A stretch of DNA of 61,715 nucleotides, filler included, from Choristocarpus tenellus KU-1152 (Eukaryota > Protista > Phaeophyceae): NCBI GenBank assembly GCA_964200185.2. It is 13 parts of 13 records of this genome, joined end to end, with 100 filler letters (N's around TTAATTAATTAA, not from the genome) between each part and the next. Parts side by side here need not be neighbours in the genome. Positions count along the whole stretch, not along the records: positions 1 to 4,782 come from CAXNAD020013084.1; positions 4,883 to 7,968 come from CAXNAD020022424.1; positions 8,069 to 13,691 come from CAXNAD020010213.1; 10 more parts are not named here. One strand, written 5' to 3'. The position numbers and the translations under genes were made by a program. The notes under the pieces were generated by a model. The model did no database searches, had not been told where the DNA came from, and worked only from the letters and a program-made list of their open reading frames with translations. Shown piece by piece: positions 1 to 11,183 of the stretch. Numbering within the stretch: position 1 is the stretch's first letter; each line of letters opens with the position of its first letter.

Positions 1-682
1 GTATCACTGGGACCCGACAGGCAGCCTCTCCTACCAGGAACGCTAACCTACGCTCACCTCAGCAACCACGTCACCTGACACTGGAATCTTGCCCTATCTG
101 CATCTCCTAGATACAACTGCCAGTATTCCCCTTCACCTGTCCACACACCCTCAAACTGGGCTGTGCCTCGGCCCTATACCTCTGCGCCCTCCCCCAACAC
201 CACATCCTGAGCCCCACATGCCGTGTCCTGGTAGCCCCTGAAATCTATAATGCTGCTATGGAGAGGAGTGTGGGAAGCGAAGCCATCCTTCAATCCATCC
301 GCGCACAATCGTCCTCTACCCCTTTCGCCATCCCACCTATTCGCCTACTCTCCACCCCATGCTCTCATCCCCCAGTCCCTCCCCCTTCGTTCCCTTCGTT
401 CCCAACCTGCCTAGAACCACTCTCCCCAAACCATCGGGGCAACCTCTGTTGTGGCTGCTCGCTTCACGTTGCCTGCATAGTCAGCCTTTGTGAAGACGAA
501 AACCACCCTTTCGCATGCCCCACTGCGGAACACACTCACCCATTCCCACCCTCTTCAACCACACCTACACCACTCTCACCACCCAAAGACCCTACCCCCT
601 CCTTAGCGAGCTTATAGTCCATTTAAATAATGTGACCATAGCCCAAATCCTCCTTTTCTCAATAAATGAGTTTGTGAGTTAG

Positions 683-905
683 ACCTTTTTTGCCCTGTTT
701 GTCCATTTGGGACTTGGCTTCCCACGGGTTTTTTTATGGCATTTTCCTACTCTGAAAAGTTTCAGAGTAGGTAATATGTATAAATTAAGAAAAGGTGTGT
801 TCGGAACAAGAATATTGATACTTCCTAACAAACATAACAGCCAAAATTACATCGAAATCGCAACATTGGATTTTGGCCCCAAACGAACACGGCTCTTCCC
901 TTTAA
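683..905 (-). mobile_element. MITE family A, copy lacking both extreme termini, in tandem with the next copy
   Basis: Colinear with 930-1147 and with the reverse complement of 29117-29379. Confidence 0.85.
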
Positions 906-1159
906 GAGTGAAAGTATCATAGAGGATACGAGTTTTGCCCTATTTGTTCGGGCTTGTCTTCCCATGGGCATTTTTATTACATTTTCCTACTCCAAAGTGT
1001 TTTGGAGTAGGTAAAATGTATACGTTATGAAAAGGTGTGTCCGGAACAAGGATATTGACACTTCCTAACAAGCACGATAGGCAAAATTACGTCAAAATCG
1101 TAACATTGGATTTTGGTCCCCAAATTAACCCGACTCTACCCTCTAAGATACTTTGACTC
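906..1159 (-). mobile_element. MITE family A (~255 bp, PIF/Harbinger Tourist-like), full length
   Basis: TIRs GAGTGAAAGTATCATAGAGG ... CCTCTAAGATACTTTGACTC; internal CCTACTCC/GGAGTAGG hairpin; multicopy in the window. Confidence 0.88.
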
Positions 1160-1167
1160 ACTGTACT

Positions 1168-1262
1168 CACACACAAAACCGAAAAGAGGCATAAAAACCC
1201 GTGGGAAGCCAAGCCCCGAACGGACAAATAGGGCAAAACTCCTACTCTCTTGAATGCTTTGT
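1168..1262 (+). mobile_element. MITE family A subtype 2, 3' half
   Basis: Matches 5566-5665 (CACACA..AAAACCGAAAA..AAGCCAAG..CGGACAA..GGGCAAAA). Confidence 0.7.
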
Positions 1263-1856
1263 GTCTCTTCCAGTAACCTGCCTGATCTCCCCAAAGTACT
1301 CCTCGGCAAGAGAATTGTGCATTATATGCTTTCTCAGCAAGGGGAGGATGTCGCGATAATTAATTGGTGCTATGCTTATGTCATGCAATATACTTCGGAA
1401 TATATTATTATGCCCTCTGACATTTTGGAGATGTGTCAGGAGAAAAGTCGATTCAATATATCGTAAGGACCCTTGCAAAAGTAATAGGTGTCATATATGC
1501 GAACGATATCGATCCAAAATCTACTGTATCCTAATACAAGCATGTGGCACATTGTGAAAGTTTTGTGTACATCTATGTAATGTTCGGTACAATACATAGC
1601 AGTATTACACATATATTAACGGTATGATGAATAAGTCTTTGTTCGTAAGTTAGGTGATGACTAAGATAGGAACTCATAGGACAAGCCTTTATCTGCGAAG
1701 CTTTTCAACACACTTAAGGTGTCATAAGAATAACCTAGCTAGAGGAGGCGCACCTGGGGACAAAAATTATACAAAATGCCTTCACCATGGATTGGGCACC
1801 TTCCATCCAAAATATACAAACAAATATGATTGGGTTGCCCGTGCTTCTCACAGTTT

Positions 1857-2040
1857 GCACGAGACCTGGCCATGTCATACCTGGTGCGAGACCCACCTGT
1901 ACCAGGATTCACATGAGACCCAGCTATGGCCACCACCCTGATTGGTCCATTCATTGGACACGAGACCCAGCCGTGTCATACCAGATACGAGACCCAGTTG
2001 TATCTTACCAGATACGAGACTCAGCTGTGCTATTACTAGT
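1857..2040 (+). repeat. Degenerate ~27-bp tandem repeat (CGAGACCCAGC..TGTCATACCAGATA)
   Basis: GAGACCCA/GAGACTCA/GAGACCTG core recurs about six times; three adjacent units at 1960-2030. Confidence 0.7.
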
Positions 2041-2588
2041 GTCACCCCTGGCACAATATCAGGCCGTGCCAGCACATGTGTCACCTTTTGTGATACACAT
2101 CCCTAGCTATCCCTCGCACCGTTCTCGACCACCTACAGTCCGTATCTAATGCCCTGCTCCATATCCAATTCCCACTCCATATCCTACGTCTCCGAATTTC
2201 TTCAAGGCTAAAGAAAATATAGATTCCTCCACTTCCTTCCACAATCTTGGGCTTTTGCTCTCCACTAAAGTCGTTATTTCCCCCCATCTTGGTTTGAGTA
2301 TTTTTCTTCTTGACAATTGCACACAAAAAAAAATCTTCCAAAGTATAATTGTTTTGCACCTTCAATTCTCAAGTCTTGACCCAACTCGTGCCACCTTTGT
2401 ACACAACACAAGGGAACCGCTAGTAAAACAACATAAATGAACCTCCTATACATACACGCATTAATATATATCAAAAATCGAAGGCAGATACACGGAGATA
2501 TAAAAACATGCAAACCAAACAACTAAAAAATTACGGCAACATAGACATTTTGCACACTTTCCACAGAAAAAATCGCCACAACAAGTTT

Positions 2589-2844
2589 GAGTCAAAGTAA
2601 GCGAGAGGTACCCAGAGTTGCATTTTAAGGATGTTGACAAATATGTGCATAACGTATTTTTTGAATGCGTAGAGGATGGTTTCTAAATTCTATCTCAAAA
2701 TCTCAAAAGATAAAGAAATCAATATTCTCAAGTCAAACTTGGCATTTTATCCATAGAAAAATGGGTGAAGTGCGTAAAAGATTGAAAAACTGGCTTAAAA
2801 TGCAAAACGGGCAAAACCTGGGTACCTCTCGCTTACTTTGACTC
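2589..2844. mobile_element. MITE family C (256 bp) with 25-bp perfect TIR and 3-bp TSD (TTT)
   Basis: GAGTCAAAGTAAGCGAGAGGTACCC at 2589 and its reverse complement ending at 2844; TTT on both flanks; first 11 bp shared with family A. Confidence 0.88.
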
Positions 2845-4256
2845 TTTGCGAAGTCAATTTCCGCAACTTACAAAAATGACAAAATTTGGAAATAATTTCG
2901 GGAGATTTTAAAATTCAACCCTGTTCTTTGACTCCCCTTTCCACTTCGGGCTAGCAAACATCAGGACCCTCCTACCATTTTTAAAATATCAGCAAGACAT
3001 CATACATGGTGGGGGTATTCGCACTCTATGCCACAGGCTTTGAACTACCCGACAAATAATAATCTTTGCTGCTGTGTACCCTCACTCAGACAACATAGTG
3101 TTTGCACAACTTCCCAAGTGCAATATGCCACGACCAACACTTCAGAGCGAATTATACACACTACCAAATATCTTACCAGGAAGTGCTTAGTTAGGTCACG
3201 AAACCTAGCCGGAAGTGCGAATGGGTTCCCAAATTTGCAGGTATACTTCACAGACTTCAATGGTGTACTCCTCAGCATTGTTGAAGGTCACTGCGGCTAC
3301 CATACATTCCTCATTGAAATTGATAAGATGTCAAGGTGATCCATACTAATACCTGAATTTGTTAGAGCTTGCCTTCGATCCTACTACATTTAATCCTCTA
3401 CTCCTGTATTATCCGTCACTAGCCCTGCATATGCTTCGAAAGCCCTGCATATCCTTCGCAACCAACTGTACCACATCCGTGAAAAAGAAAACTACTACTG
3501 CGCACCTACTTCTTCCATCGTCAATTGCCCTGCCTGAACAGTACCTCCTTTGTCTACAAACAGAGAACCAATCGATCACTGAAGAAGAGATCTGACACTT
3601 TTTAAAATTCATTGATTGCCATTTTTTGTTCGATTGGTCACCTCTAACTGCGATTATCTCAATTCTCTGTATGGTTTTTATATGTGATGGTATAATGGGG
3701 TGAAAGCCTACGATTTTAGCTCCAAGTCGGTGTAAGACTTGATGCCTATCTCTAAATTTTTGCCTGTTGGCGTCCCTACAAATACGTTTTATTTCTAGTC
3801 CTGATAGATCTCGGATTTTTCTAGATCGTGCAAGTACAGTACAGAATACCACACTTACTGATCAGGGAGGGCAGGAGTAGACAAACAACTTCGACAGAGT
3901 GATTTTCCCGATTCAAAGTCAATCTCGAGATATCCATGCCCCAAGGAAAGGGTCCCAGGATGGTCAATAACAAGAGCAACATATCAAGAGGGCCGACCTT
4001 AGAGACACTGGCAGGCAAGGGGATGCGGTAAAACGGAGGAGGCCCAGGAAAGACCAGGCAAGGACTAAGACGATTGCAGCAAGGAACAAAACGGTTTTTC
4101 GGTGGCATTCTAAGTCCCTCAACAAGAATACTGAGACTGAGATAGCCGAATTGTGACGGCAGGCTAGAATAAGTGAAGGTGATTATCGTGAGTCAACAAA
4201 TGATGACATGTTTATTATGCAGTGGATGTTGAAACGCCTTGCTCCCACAATCATGA

Positions 4257-4340
4257 GGCTTAAACTATCTGGGGGGGGTTGCGTCTGTCCATTTGGGGTC
4301 CATTTTTCCATTTCGCGACTTTTGGGTGATTTGGTTGCAT
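4257..4340 (+). mobile_element. MITE family B, truncated 5' part
   Basis: GGCTTAAACTATCTGGGGGGGG..TGTCCATTTG..GGGTGATTTGGTTGCAT matches 9213-9297. Confidence 0.8.
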
Positions 4341-4399
4341 GAGCATCGATGTATTTATTCTGTTGTAACTGAGATCATTGATCTCTCACTCAAGAATGA

Positions 4400-4655
4400 T
4401 GTGATGTGAATTCAGTGTCATGAGGTACTCAACGAAAGAAGTCCACGCTCTGTGGAGAGGCTTGTTACCTTGGCTGGCAAGCGTTTCCGTGGATGGTTTT
4501 AACTCTGATTATATTACCTCCAGGTGTGCGTTAGGTGCACCTATTGCAGACTGAGCTTGGTCCATTTTGAGGGATCAATAAACAAGAAAGAAATAATAAT
4601 CAACAACTATCGTACAACTGTCATCTCCTGCTGTTGAGAAGAGAAAAGAGAGAGA
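4400..4655 (+). mobile_element. hAT-like derivative family D, internal fragment
   Basis: Encodes ...SVERLVTLAGKRFRGWF*; homologous to the reverse complements of 10005-10170 and 13400-13519. Confidence 0.6.
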
Positions 4656-4782
4656 TAGGTGCACCTATTGCAGACTGAGCTTGGTCCATTTTGAGGGATC
4701 AATAAACAAGAAAGAAATAATAATCAACAACTATCGTACAACTGTCATCTCCTGCTGTTGAGAAGAGAAAAGAGAGAGATAG
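4532..4782 (+). repeat. Perfect 124-bp tandem duplication running into the contig end
   Basis: Unit TAGGTGCACC...GAGAGAGA starts at 4532 and 4656; a third unit begins at 4780. Confidence 0.92.
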
Positions 4783-4882
4783 NNNNNNNNNNNNNNNNNN
4801 NNNNNNNNNNNNNNNNNNNNNNNNNNTTAATTAATTAANNNNNNNNNNNNNNNNNNNNNNNNNNNNNNNNNNNNNNNNNNNN
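4783..4882. other. Artificial contig spacer (44N-TTAATTAATTAA-44N). Identical spacers at 7969-8068, 13692-13791, 18377-18476, 26396-26495, 30381-30480, 34905-35004, 37941-38040, 42664-42763, 46663-46762, 50973-51072, 56371-56470
   Basis: Twelve identical 100-bp blocks; the 12-mer places stops in all six frames. A separate 10-N scaffold gap lies at 27044-27053. Confidence 0.98.
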
Positions 4883-4952
4883 TTTTCATGGTAATGGTCC
4901 AAATGGCCACCCTGGTGTAGCCCCCCACCCCCCCCCCCAGATACTTTGGGTC
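4883..4952 (+). mobile_element. MITE family B, 3' end at contig start
   Basis: CCCTGGTGTAG-Cn-AGATACTTTGGGTC, as at 9355-9392. Confidence 0.8.
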
Positions 4953-5407
4953 TATGGAGAATTAGATTGAGTCCACCTTCATGATGTCGACGGAGTATGA
5001 ATAGTGTTTCTCGATTAGACCACACTAGGGAAGGTCATCATCAATAATAACGGATATCACCATGCAGTATACTCTTGTGGCGATTGATCGCCATTGTAAT
5101 CTATCAACACACTAGAGTCACTTTATACTCCTGGATTTTGTTTTGTTACTTCCTGGTTGCGAATCCCAAAACAATACATACACCCACTCTCTCTGAACAT
5201 ACAGTCCTGTCACAACTGCAGGACTGAATAGTGTTGTATTTGTAGGTGGTCACAAAAAGTACACTCTGGAGTAGGGCATTAGACTCATATTTTCACATCA
5301 CATCACCTCAGAACATGCCATCATTCAGGGGGGTAAAGTCTGCATTAGCTTAAGTCTTGAAACACTCTTTGATAGTAGTGAGTGCACCATTGGTGCTTGA
5401 ATAATTG

Positions 5408-5665
5408 AACCCAAAGCATTTAAGAGGGTAGGGCCGTGTCCACTTGGGGATATAGATCCAATGTTGCGATTTTGATGAATTTTGACTATCATGTTCGTTG
5501 GCAAGTGTCAATATCCTTGCTCTGGACACGCCTTTCATAGTTGCATACATTTTAGGTAACCGTGTTCACACAGAAAACCGAAAAAGGTCAGAAAAAGACC
5601 GCGACAAGCCAAGTCCTGAACGGACAAGCAGGGCAAAATTCGTACCCTATGAAATGTTTTGACTC
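5408..5665 (+). mobile_element. MITE family A subtype 2 (diverged, lacks the internal hairpin)
   Basis: Degenerate TIRs (CAAAGCATTTAAGAGGGTA ... TACCCTATGAAATGTTTTGACTC); body colinear with 29117-29379 except the central segment. Confidence 0.8.
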
Positions 5666-5863
5666 ACGGTGTAATTTTGTTTGCACAGTGAAGGTTGTGC
5701 ATCATGGACAGTGATCAGAGATATGGCTCCAAGTCCAAAACGTGACTCTGATGCAAATAGAAGAAGAAAATAGAAGGTGGCAGTCCAATGTTCTCAAAAA
5801 CGTTACGAGAAATGTCAAGATGCTGCCTTAGACTTGACATGGGTTTTTTGTGCGTCCAATGCA

Positions 5864-6384
5864 GAGTGATTTACCCCCCAATGAATTTCACACAAAGGAA
5901 ATTAAGTGAGATGTCTTTGCTGGTGCTTGCTCTGATGCAGGCACAACTGTACTTTGATTTCCTATTGGGTATAGATTCGATGGCATTCTAGTACAACATA
6001 CTCCACAACTGCCTCAATAAAGAAATCTCGTGTAGTTTTGCATCTTTATTGAGAAAAGGATCTTGGAGGTGATGCCACTCTACTGAGATTCCATACATAG
6101 GTTGTGATGATGGTGATGGTCATGTACACCACAAGGAAGTATAACACCATTTAGAGATGGCGATTTGGAAGGACCTCAGGTGAGTCATCTTTTTCCTGGA
6201 TGGGCGTAGTGTTCCTTAATAATATTAAATTGTATGTTTTATGGAAGTACTCCAAATGCAATATGGACTACTGCCACAGGTAGCAATTACGGTCCAGGCG
6301 AAGGCACTGCCTGACACTGGTGAATGGGAAATGTTGTGTGGACCAGGTAGATGGAGAGTGGGGATGTATCTCTTTGAAAGTTAA
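5864..6384 (+). CDS. Possible 3' exons of an unidentified gene converging on DNAI2
   Basis: Strong donor CAG|GTGAGT at 6179/6180 after GSITPFRDGDLEGPQ; in-phase terminal exon from 6280 VAITVQAKALPDTGEWEMLCGPGRWRVGMYLFES*; upstream exons uncertain; no family recognised. Confidence 0.35.
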
Positions 6385-6593
6385 TTATTCTGCAATGCCG
6401 ATCTTGAGCTTCCACCCAATGCAGGACACGCAACTACATTCTTTTGGAAATTTTGTGTTTCACAGCTCCTCTCCTGGTCACTTTTTACTTCTGGTGCTGT
6501 CTGGACCCTCGTTAATTGGAGCAAGTCAACCCCTGCTGCATGTTTGCTCCTTTCTACTTCTTTCTTTTGCAGATTTATGAAAAGGTTTGGTAT

Positions 6594-7755
6594 TCACTTG
6601 TCATCGGCTGGATCAGCATTCAGTGGGGTACCTTCTACCCCCTTGCTTTCATCATCCTCTGCCTCCTTTATCATTGCCAGGAAATCCGCATCCACCTTGG
6701 GAGGTCAATTTGGATCAGTTGTGATTAGCTTACGTCCATTCTTATTATCATACAGCTCTGCAGATAATTATTTGTGGGTTGAGTCTTCACTGTATAAATG
6801 TATCACGTGTCATACCATTGTCAGTCCAAATGGTGTACAGTGCCAACCCTCCTATCATTGAGGAATGTGGCGGTTAAAGAGCAAAGTCCAACAACTGTGG
6901 AGTGTTGGTTGAGCCATTTTACATCCATGTAGTTGTTTCTGCGTGGCCTTGTAGATAGTATTTGTTCTGTGCACATATCGGGTACAGACCGTACCTTTCG
7001 AAGGAGTTCTTCCATGCGCTCATCCTTGCCATCTCTCTTGTCATTGTCTGCCCTACTCCTTGCCTCCTGATCCGCTGCCTTAGCTCGGCGCAAGTCACGC
7101 TCACGAAGCTTTTGAATTGAGATGGTGCAAAAAATATTTGAATTGAGATGGCTGTCTGGTAGGATATCACTTATGGCTATAAAATATAAAATCTAATATA
7201 TAATATAGTAATAGTTTGATGCGGGAGACAGAAGAATTTCCGTGAGGGAAGTTGCTTCTGTTGAGACAGAGTCTTAGTGGGATCTTATACACATGCCCTA
7301 GTCTTACTGAGTGCCACCTCTGATTCCAATTCTCCAATGAAAGTTCACATGTTGGTTGACTATGTTACATTATCAATTGCTTTCAACTAGAGCTAAAGGA
7401 TCAAGTAGACTCGACAACTGCTGAGGTATACGCTATTGAGGTGTACAGCATCTGAAACGGACCCAAAGACTTGAATGACTAATTTGGAGTCTACCTCTCC
7501 ATCACCTGCTATTGAAGTATCGACACACAATACAAAGGACCACAGATGATGTACATTGACTGCATCACACAGCTACAGGTGATACTTCCAACTATTGAAA
7601 GTACTAATATATGCTCTGCAGCACAGATTGCATTTGAGTGTGCTGGGGACAGTCCTTACCTCGAGGTTTTTCTCCTGCTTCATTTCCCTCTCAAACATGG
7701 CTCCAATAGCGACCTTTTCCCTGTTTCCAGCACTGACAGCAAGGGACTCACACAC
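6594..7755 (-). CDS. DNAI2: Axonemal outer-arm dynein intermediate chain 2, last three exons (5' part off-contig)
   Basis: Exons 7755-7660, 7108-6995, 6695-6594, all phase 0 with AG/GT sites: VCESLAVSAGNREKVAIGAMFEREMKQEKNLE/LRERDLRRAK...MEELLRK/VDADFLAMIKEAEDD...ADDK*. The EKxxxxxMFERExKxEKNLE motif is characteristic of the DNAI2/IC2 C-terminus. Confidence 0.82.
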
Positions 7756-7894
7756 CTTGATGCATACAAAATACATCACAACAGTAATAGCTTGGACATC
7801 TCAGACTTATTGCAAGGGGCAAGGGCATAATGTGAGACGGCATGAGAGTACTGGTGGAATATCTATTCTCTTCCATTTTATTCACTGCACCACT

Positions 7895-7946
7895 GGCTCA
7901 AAGTATCTGGGGGGGGGGGGGGTGGTGTGTGTTAGGGTTAGGGTTA
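7895..7946 (+). mobile_element. Truncated MITE B terminus followed by (TTAGGG)2
   Basis: GGCTCAAAGTATCT-Gn at 7895, then TTAGGGTTAGGGTTA at 7932-7946. Confidence 0.7.
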
Positions 7947-9212
7947 TGCCTTGCCCGACTATCCTCACNNNNNNNNNNNNNNNNNNNNNNNNNNNNNNNN
8001 NNNNNNNNNNNNTTAATTAATTAANNNNNNNNNNNNNNNNNNNNNNNNNNNNNNNNNNNNNNNNNNNNAACGGTATATGGCATACGAGCAATACGGTATA
8101 ATAACAGACAAACATGCTTTCCACACAATTACCAATTTTTTTTAATTTATAAACGATCAAATCATATTATTTAACTACTATTGTCAGGGACAGGTTCCTT
8201 TTTTGGGATCGCCGACCTACACACTTGTGCATAAGACGCGCGGTCATGTACAATTTCGTGCGCCAACCACGTCATTCGAGGTCACCCATACCGACCAGTC
8301 CAATAAACCAACCATACTCATAAGATCCGGATTTGACCAAACAGTCAAAATGGACTGTCAGAACGAAGAGACATTCCGATTCTGACCGATCCATTTCTCT
8401 GCTGTGACGTTGCTCAGTTAGACGGGAACATCTGTTGTGTCTTGAGGTTAATGTTTTGTGTTGGATTTCCTCAACTGACTTTGAGATGTTGGGCCAAGAC
8501 CTTTAATACTCGGTCTCACCCTCTGAGGTGGAAGAGTTCACTCCAGTGATTGTGATTGTTCCTTGAGTAAAGATCTTGGCACCTTTGACGCTTCCACCCT
8601 GTATATATATGTATTTGTAATTTATTACAGGACAGAATTAATTGATGTATTAAAGGTATGTGAAGATGGTAACATCAACAAAGCAATTTTTTGTGGAGAA
8701 TTGGTTCCTTCCTATTTAGGTCTACCTTCCAAAGTCTTTTGGTCCCCTCTTATGATGGCCCTCTGACCAGCCCTCTTTGTACACTGACATTGTGGTGTGA
8801 TGGACTTGAGTGTTTGCAGAAAATCTGCGAGTTCGCGCAGCATTGGACCGCACGACACACCGCAAGATGTCTCCCCATGCGCAGCCTTCTCGCTAATATT
8901 CTCCAACTCCTCAACGGCGTCTGGGGTAAATTCAATAATAATTCAGGCTCCTGAGCTGTAAGCTCCCTATCGCCATGAGGCATTACAGAGGGAAGTGCAT
9001 GCCATGTCACAGACCGACTGTCCGATCAACAACTGATTTGACCTCTCACTCAGAAGCCTTGGGTGATGCTCAGGTAATCCATCAGCAAGCACTTTGATCC
9101 TGATGCAGCTAGTATGTTTTTACTTTGGGTCACCTGTATATAATCCACAGTCCCATAGGTCACTAGGCCGTCTACCTCGTACAGTTCTCCATGCCAGAAC
9201 TCTTATGGTGTA

Positions 9213-9392
9213 GGCTCGAAGTATCTGGAGGGGGGGTGGCGGCTGTCCATTTGCGGTCAATTTTTCATATCGCGATTATTGGGTGATTTGGTTGCATACA
9301 TCAAATAGATGGATCATGTAAATGCACTTTTCCTGATTTTGGTCCAAATAATGGACACCCTGGTGTAGACCCCCCCCCAGATAATTTGGGTC
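9213..9392 (+). mobile_element. MITE family B (~170-180 bp), full length, inserted in the Copia integrase
   Basis: TIRs GGCTCGAAGTATCTGG.. / ..CCAGATAATTTGGGTC; Copia coding relic resumes on both sides. Confidence 0.88.
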
Positions 9393-9674
9393 TGAAATCC
9401 AATCTTCATTAGAGTGAGCGACCACACAAATTGCGGAGATAGATGGCGTGCATAAATCTGAGCTTCAGCCCACAAATTGAGTCTACCATCTTGACCATTG
9501 CTTTCTCTCTCAGCAGTCAGACCCAAGCCTCATTCTGCTACACCATTATATTCTGGGGTACAAGCACCTGTGAAACTTGCAACAAATCCTGTGCTTCCCC
9601 GGCACTTCCTGGAAAGCCTCGCTTACGAACTTTCCTCCCTCATAACTTCAAACAGCCCTCACCTGAAGTCCACG

Positions 9675-10509
9675 CGGTGTTAAAACATAGGCTTCTCATT
9701 CGATTTGTTTTGATACGATACAGCATTGTCAGCTCACACTGAATGCTGATTCGTCCATTGTACTGGTCGCTATTCCCATTCCCATCATCAGCTCGTCATC
9801 ACACTCTACTCAACCACTGTAAGCACGTCACAGTGAATAGGAAGCATAGGAACAGTCACTGCACATCATACACAAATACTCTGAGGGATAATAGTTATGA
9901 TAGATATGGATTCAAGGTTGACCTCTTGTTTCCTCTTTGTGTTTTACTTCTTCATCCCCATGAAGTTTCAGTTGCATAGGATGTGTTGATTATTAATTTT
10001 ACTTGACTGTCATTGCCGCATCGAAAGCCGTCCCCATCACTCTGCAACACGTATTAGACACGCTGGGATGCAATATAAACAGAGCTAAAACCATCCTTCG
10101 AAACCCTTCTCTGCCAAGGTGACAACCCTCTCCACCGAGGATGAATTTCTTCATTTGAATGTCTCAACGAATGACCACACAGTTCTATCAATCGCCGTCT
10201 GCTTGAGTAAAATATGCTACAGACACATCAGTACCCTTCTCACTTCAACCAAAGTCTGAGTGAGTAAGACATCCCTTCAGACACATCAAACCGTATCCGC
10301 AGGTGTCTTGTTGCACTATGACACACACTTGCCTCTAATCATGCTAACCACAGCACAACCAAAACATACCTTCACTTTGAATACTGTCCGACTGAATACA
10401 TGTCATCAGACCTACCAGAACAAATTCACCAGTGCTTTGTTGAGCTGTGATCTCCTTCGTCGCAAATAACAACAACACACAACTCATACGAAATGAGGTT
10501 TCAACACTG
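9675..10509 (-). mobile_element. hAT-like non-autonomous DNA transposon (family D, 835 bp) inserted in the Copia integrase
   Basis: Termini CGGTGTTAAAAC ... GTTTCAACACTG (imperfect 12-bp TIR of CAGTGTT type); splits Copia DLVV|RGLQVRAV; carries coding relic RTVWSF..RNSSSVERVVTLAEKGFEGWF*; no clean TSD. Confidence 0.7.
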
Positions 10510-10588
10510 AGAACTACCAAATCTCAGATGAAATCTGCCAATGTATCAGCAGCACCACCCTTCTTGACCAGGAGGAACCTTTTCCTTA

Positions 10589-10759
10589 GGCTCAAAGTAT
10601 CTGGGCGGGGGGTCTACACGAGGGTCTCCATTTGGGACAAAACCAGGAAAAGTGCACCTACATTATCCATCTGACATATGCAACCAAATCACCCAAAATT
10701 GCGACATGAAAAATTGACCGCAAATGGACAGCCGCCACCCCACCCAGATACTTTGAGTC
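10589..10759 (-). mobile_element. MITE family B, full length, inserted in the Copia integrase
   Basis: GGCTCAAAGTATCTGGG ... CCCAGATACTTTGAGTC; flanks TTA/TTT; body is the reverse complement of 9213-9392. Confidence 0.88.
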
Positions 10760-11183
10760 TTTTCATATTGTTGCAGTTATTGATGATGATCATGGAATAG
10801 TACCACCCTCCGAGGCTACAATCTGTTTTAAGCCCATTCAGATTAGTATATATCCTCTCCAGTTTCCTGCTTGCCTGAGAATCTGCTCTTCATGGCACTG
10901 GAGCATGATCAGTTTTGAACTGAGAGCACCCAACACATAGTTCCTAACTTCTAATCAGGTTAATTCCGTGTGCTGCTGCAATCTTACATGATACCTGTTC
11001 ATGAGGATGCCCAATCTGTCAATGAAACTCGTTGATATCGACCCTGACCTTCAATGCGGCCACTAACCCAGTTGAGGTTTCTCGAGGTCAAACCCGATAC
11101 ATGTAGTCAGTGCAGAAGCCATTCACTGCTGGTATCACAAGGTCATCCAGGCCATTGTTTCCGTCAATCATCAAAGCGTCAGT

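Noticed and set aside
258-617. 119-aa Pro/Ser-rich ORF
   Set aside because: Product of C-rich strand bias; no domain or splice support.
4783-4882. Recurrent TTAATTAATTAA flanked by N runs as a biological repeat or CRISPR-like array
   Set aside because: Fixed 44N-12-44N format with six-frame stops: a concatenation linker. Gene neighbourhoods across it were not interpreted.
4960-5110. Harbinger transposase-like reading on the minus strand (MTFPSVWSNRETLF)
   Set aside because: Weak similarity; the plus strand offers equally plausible exons.
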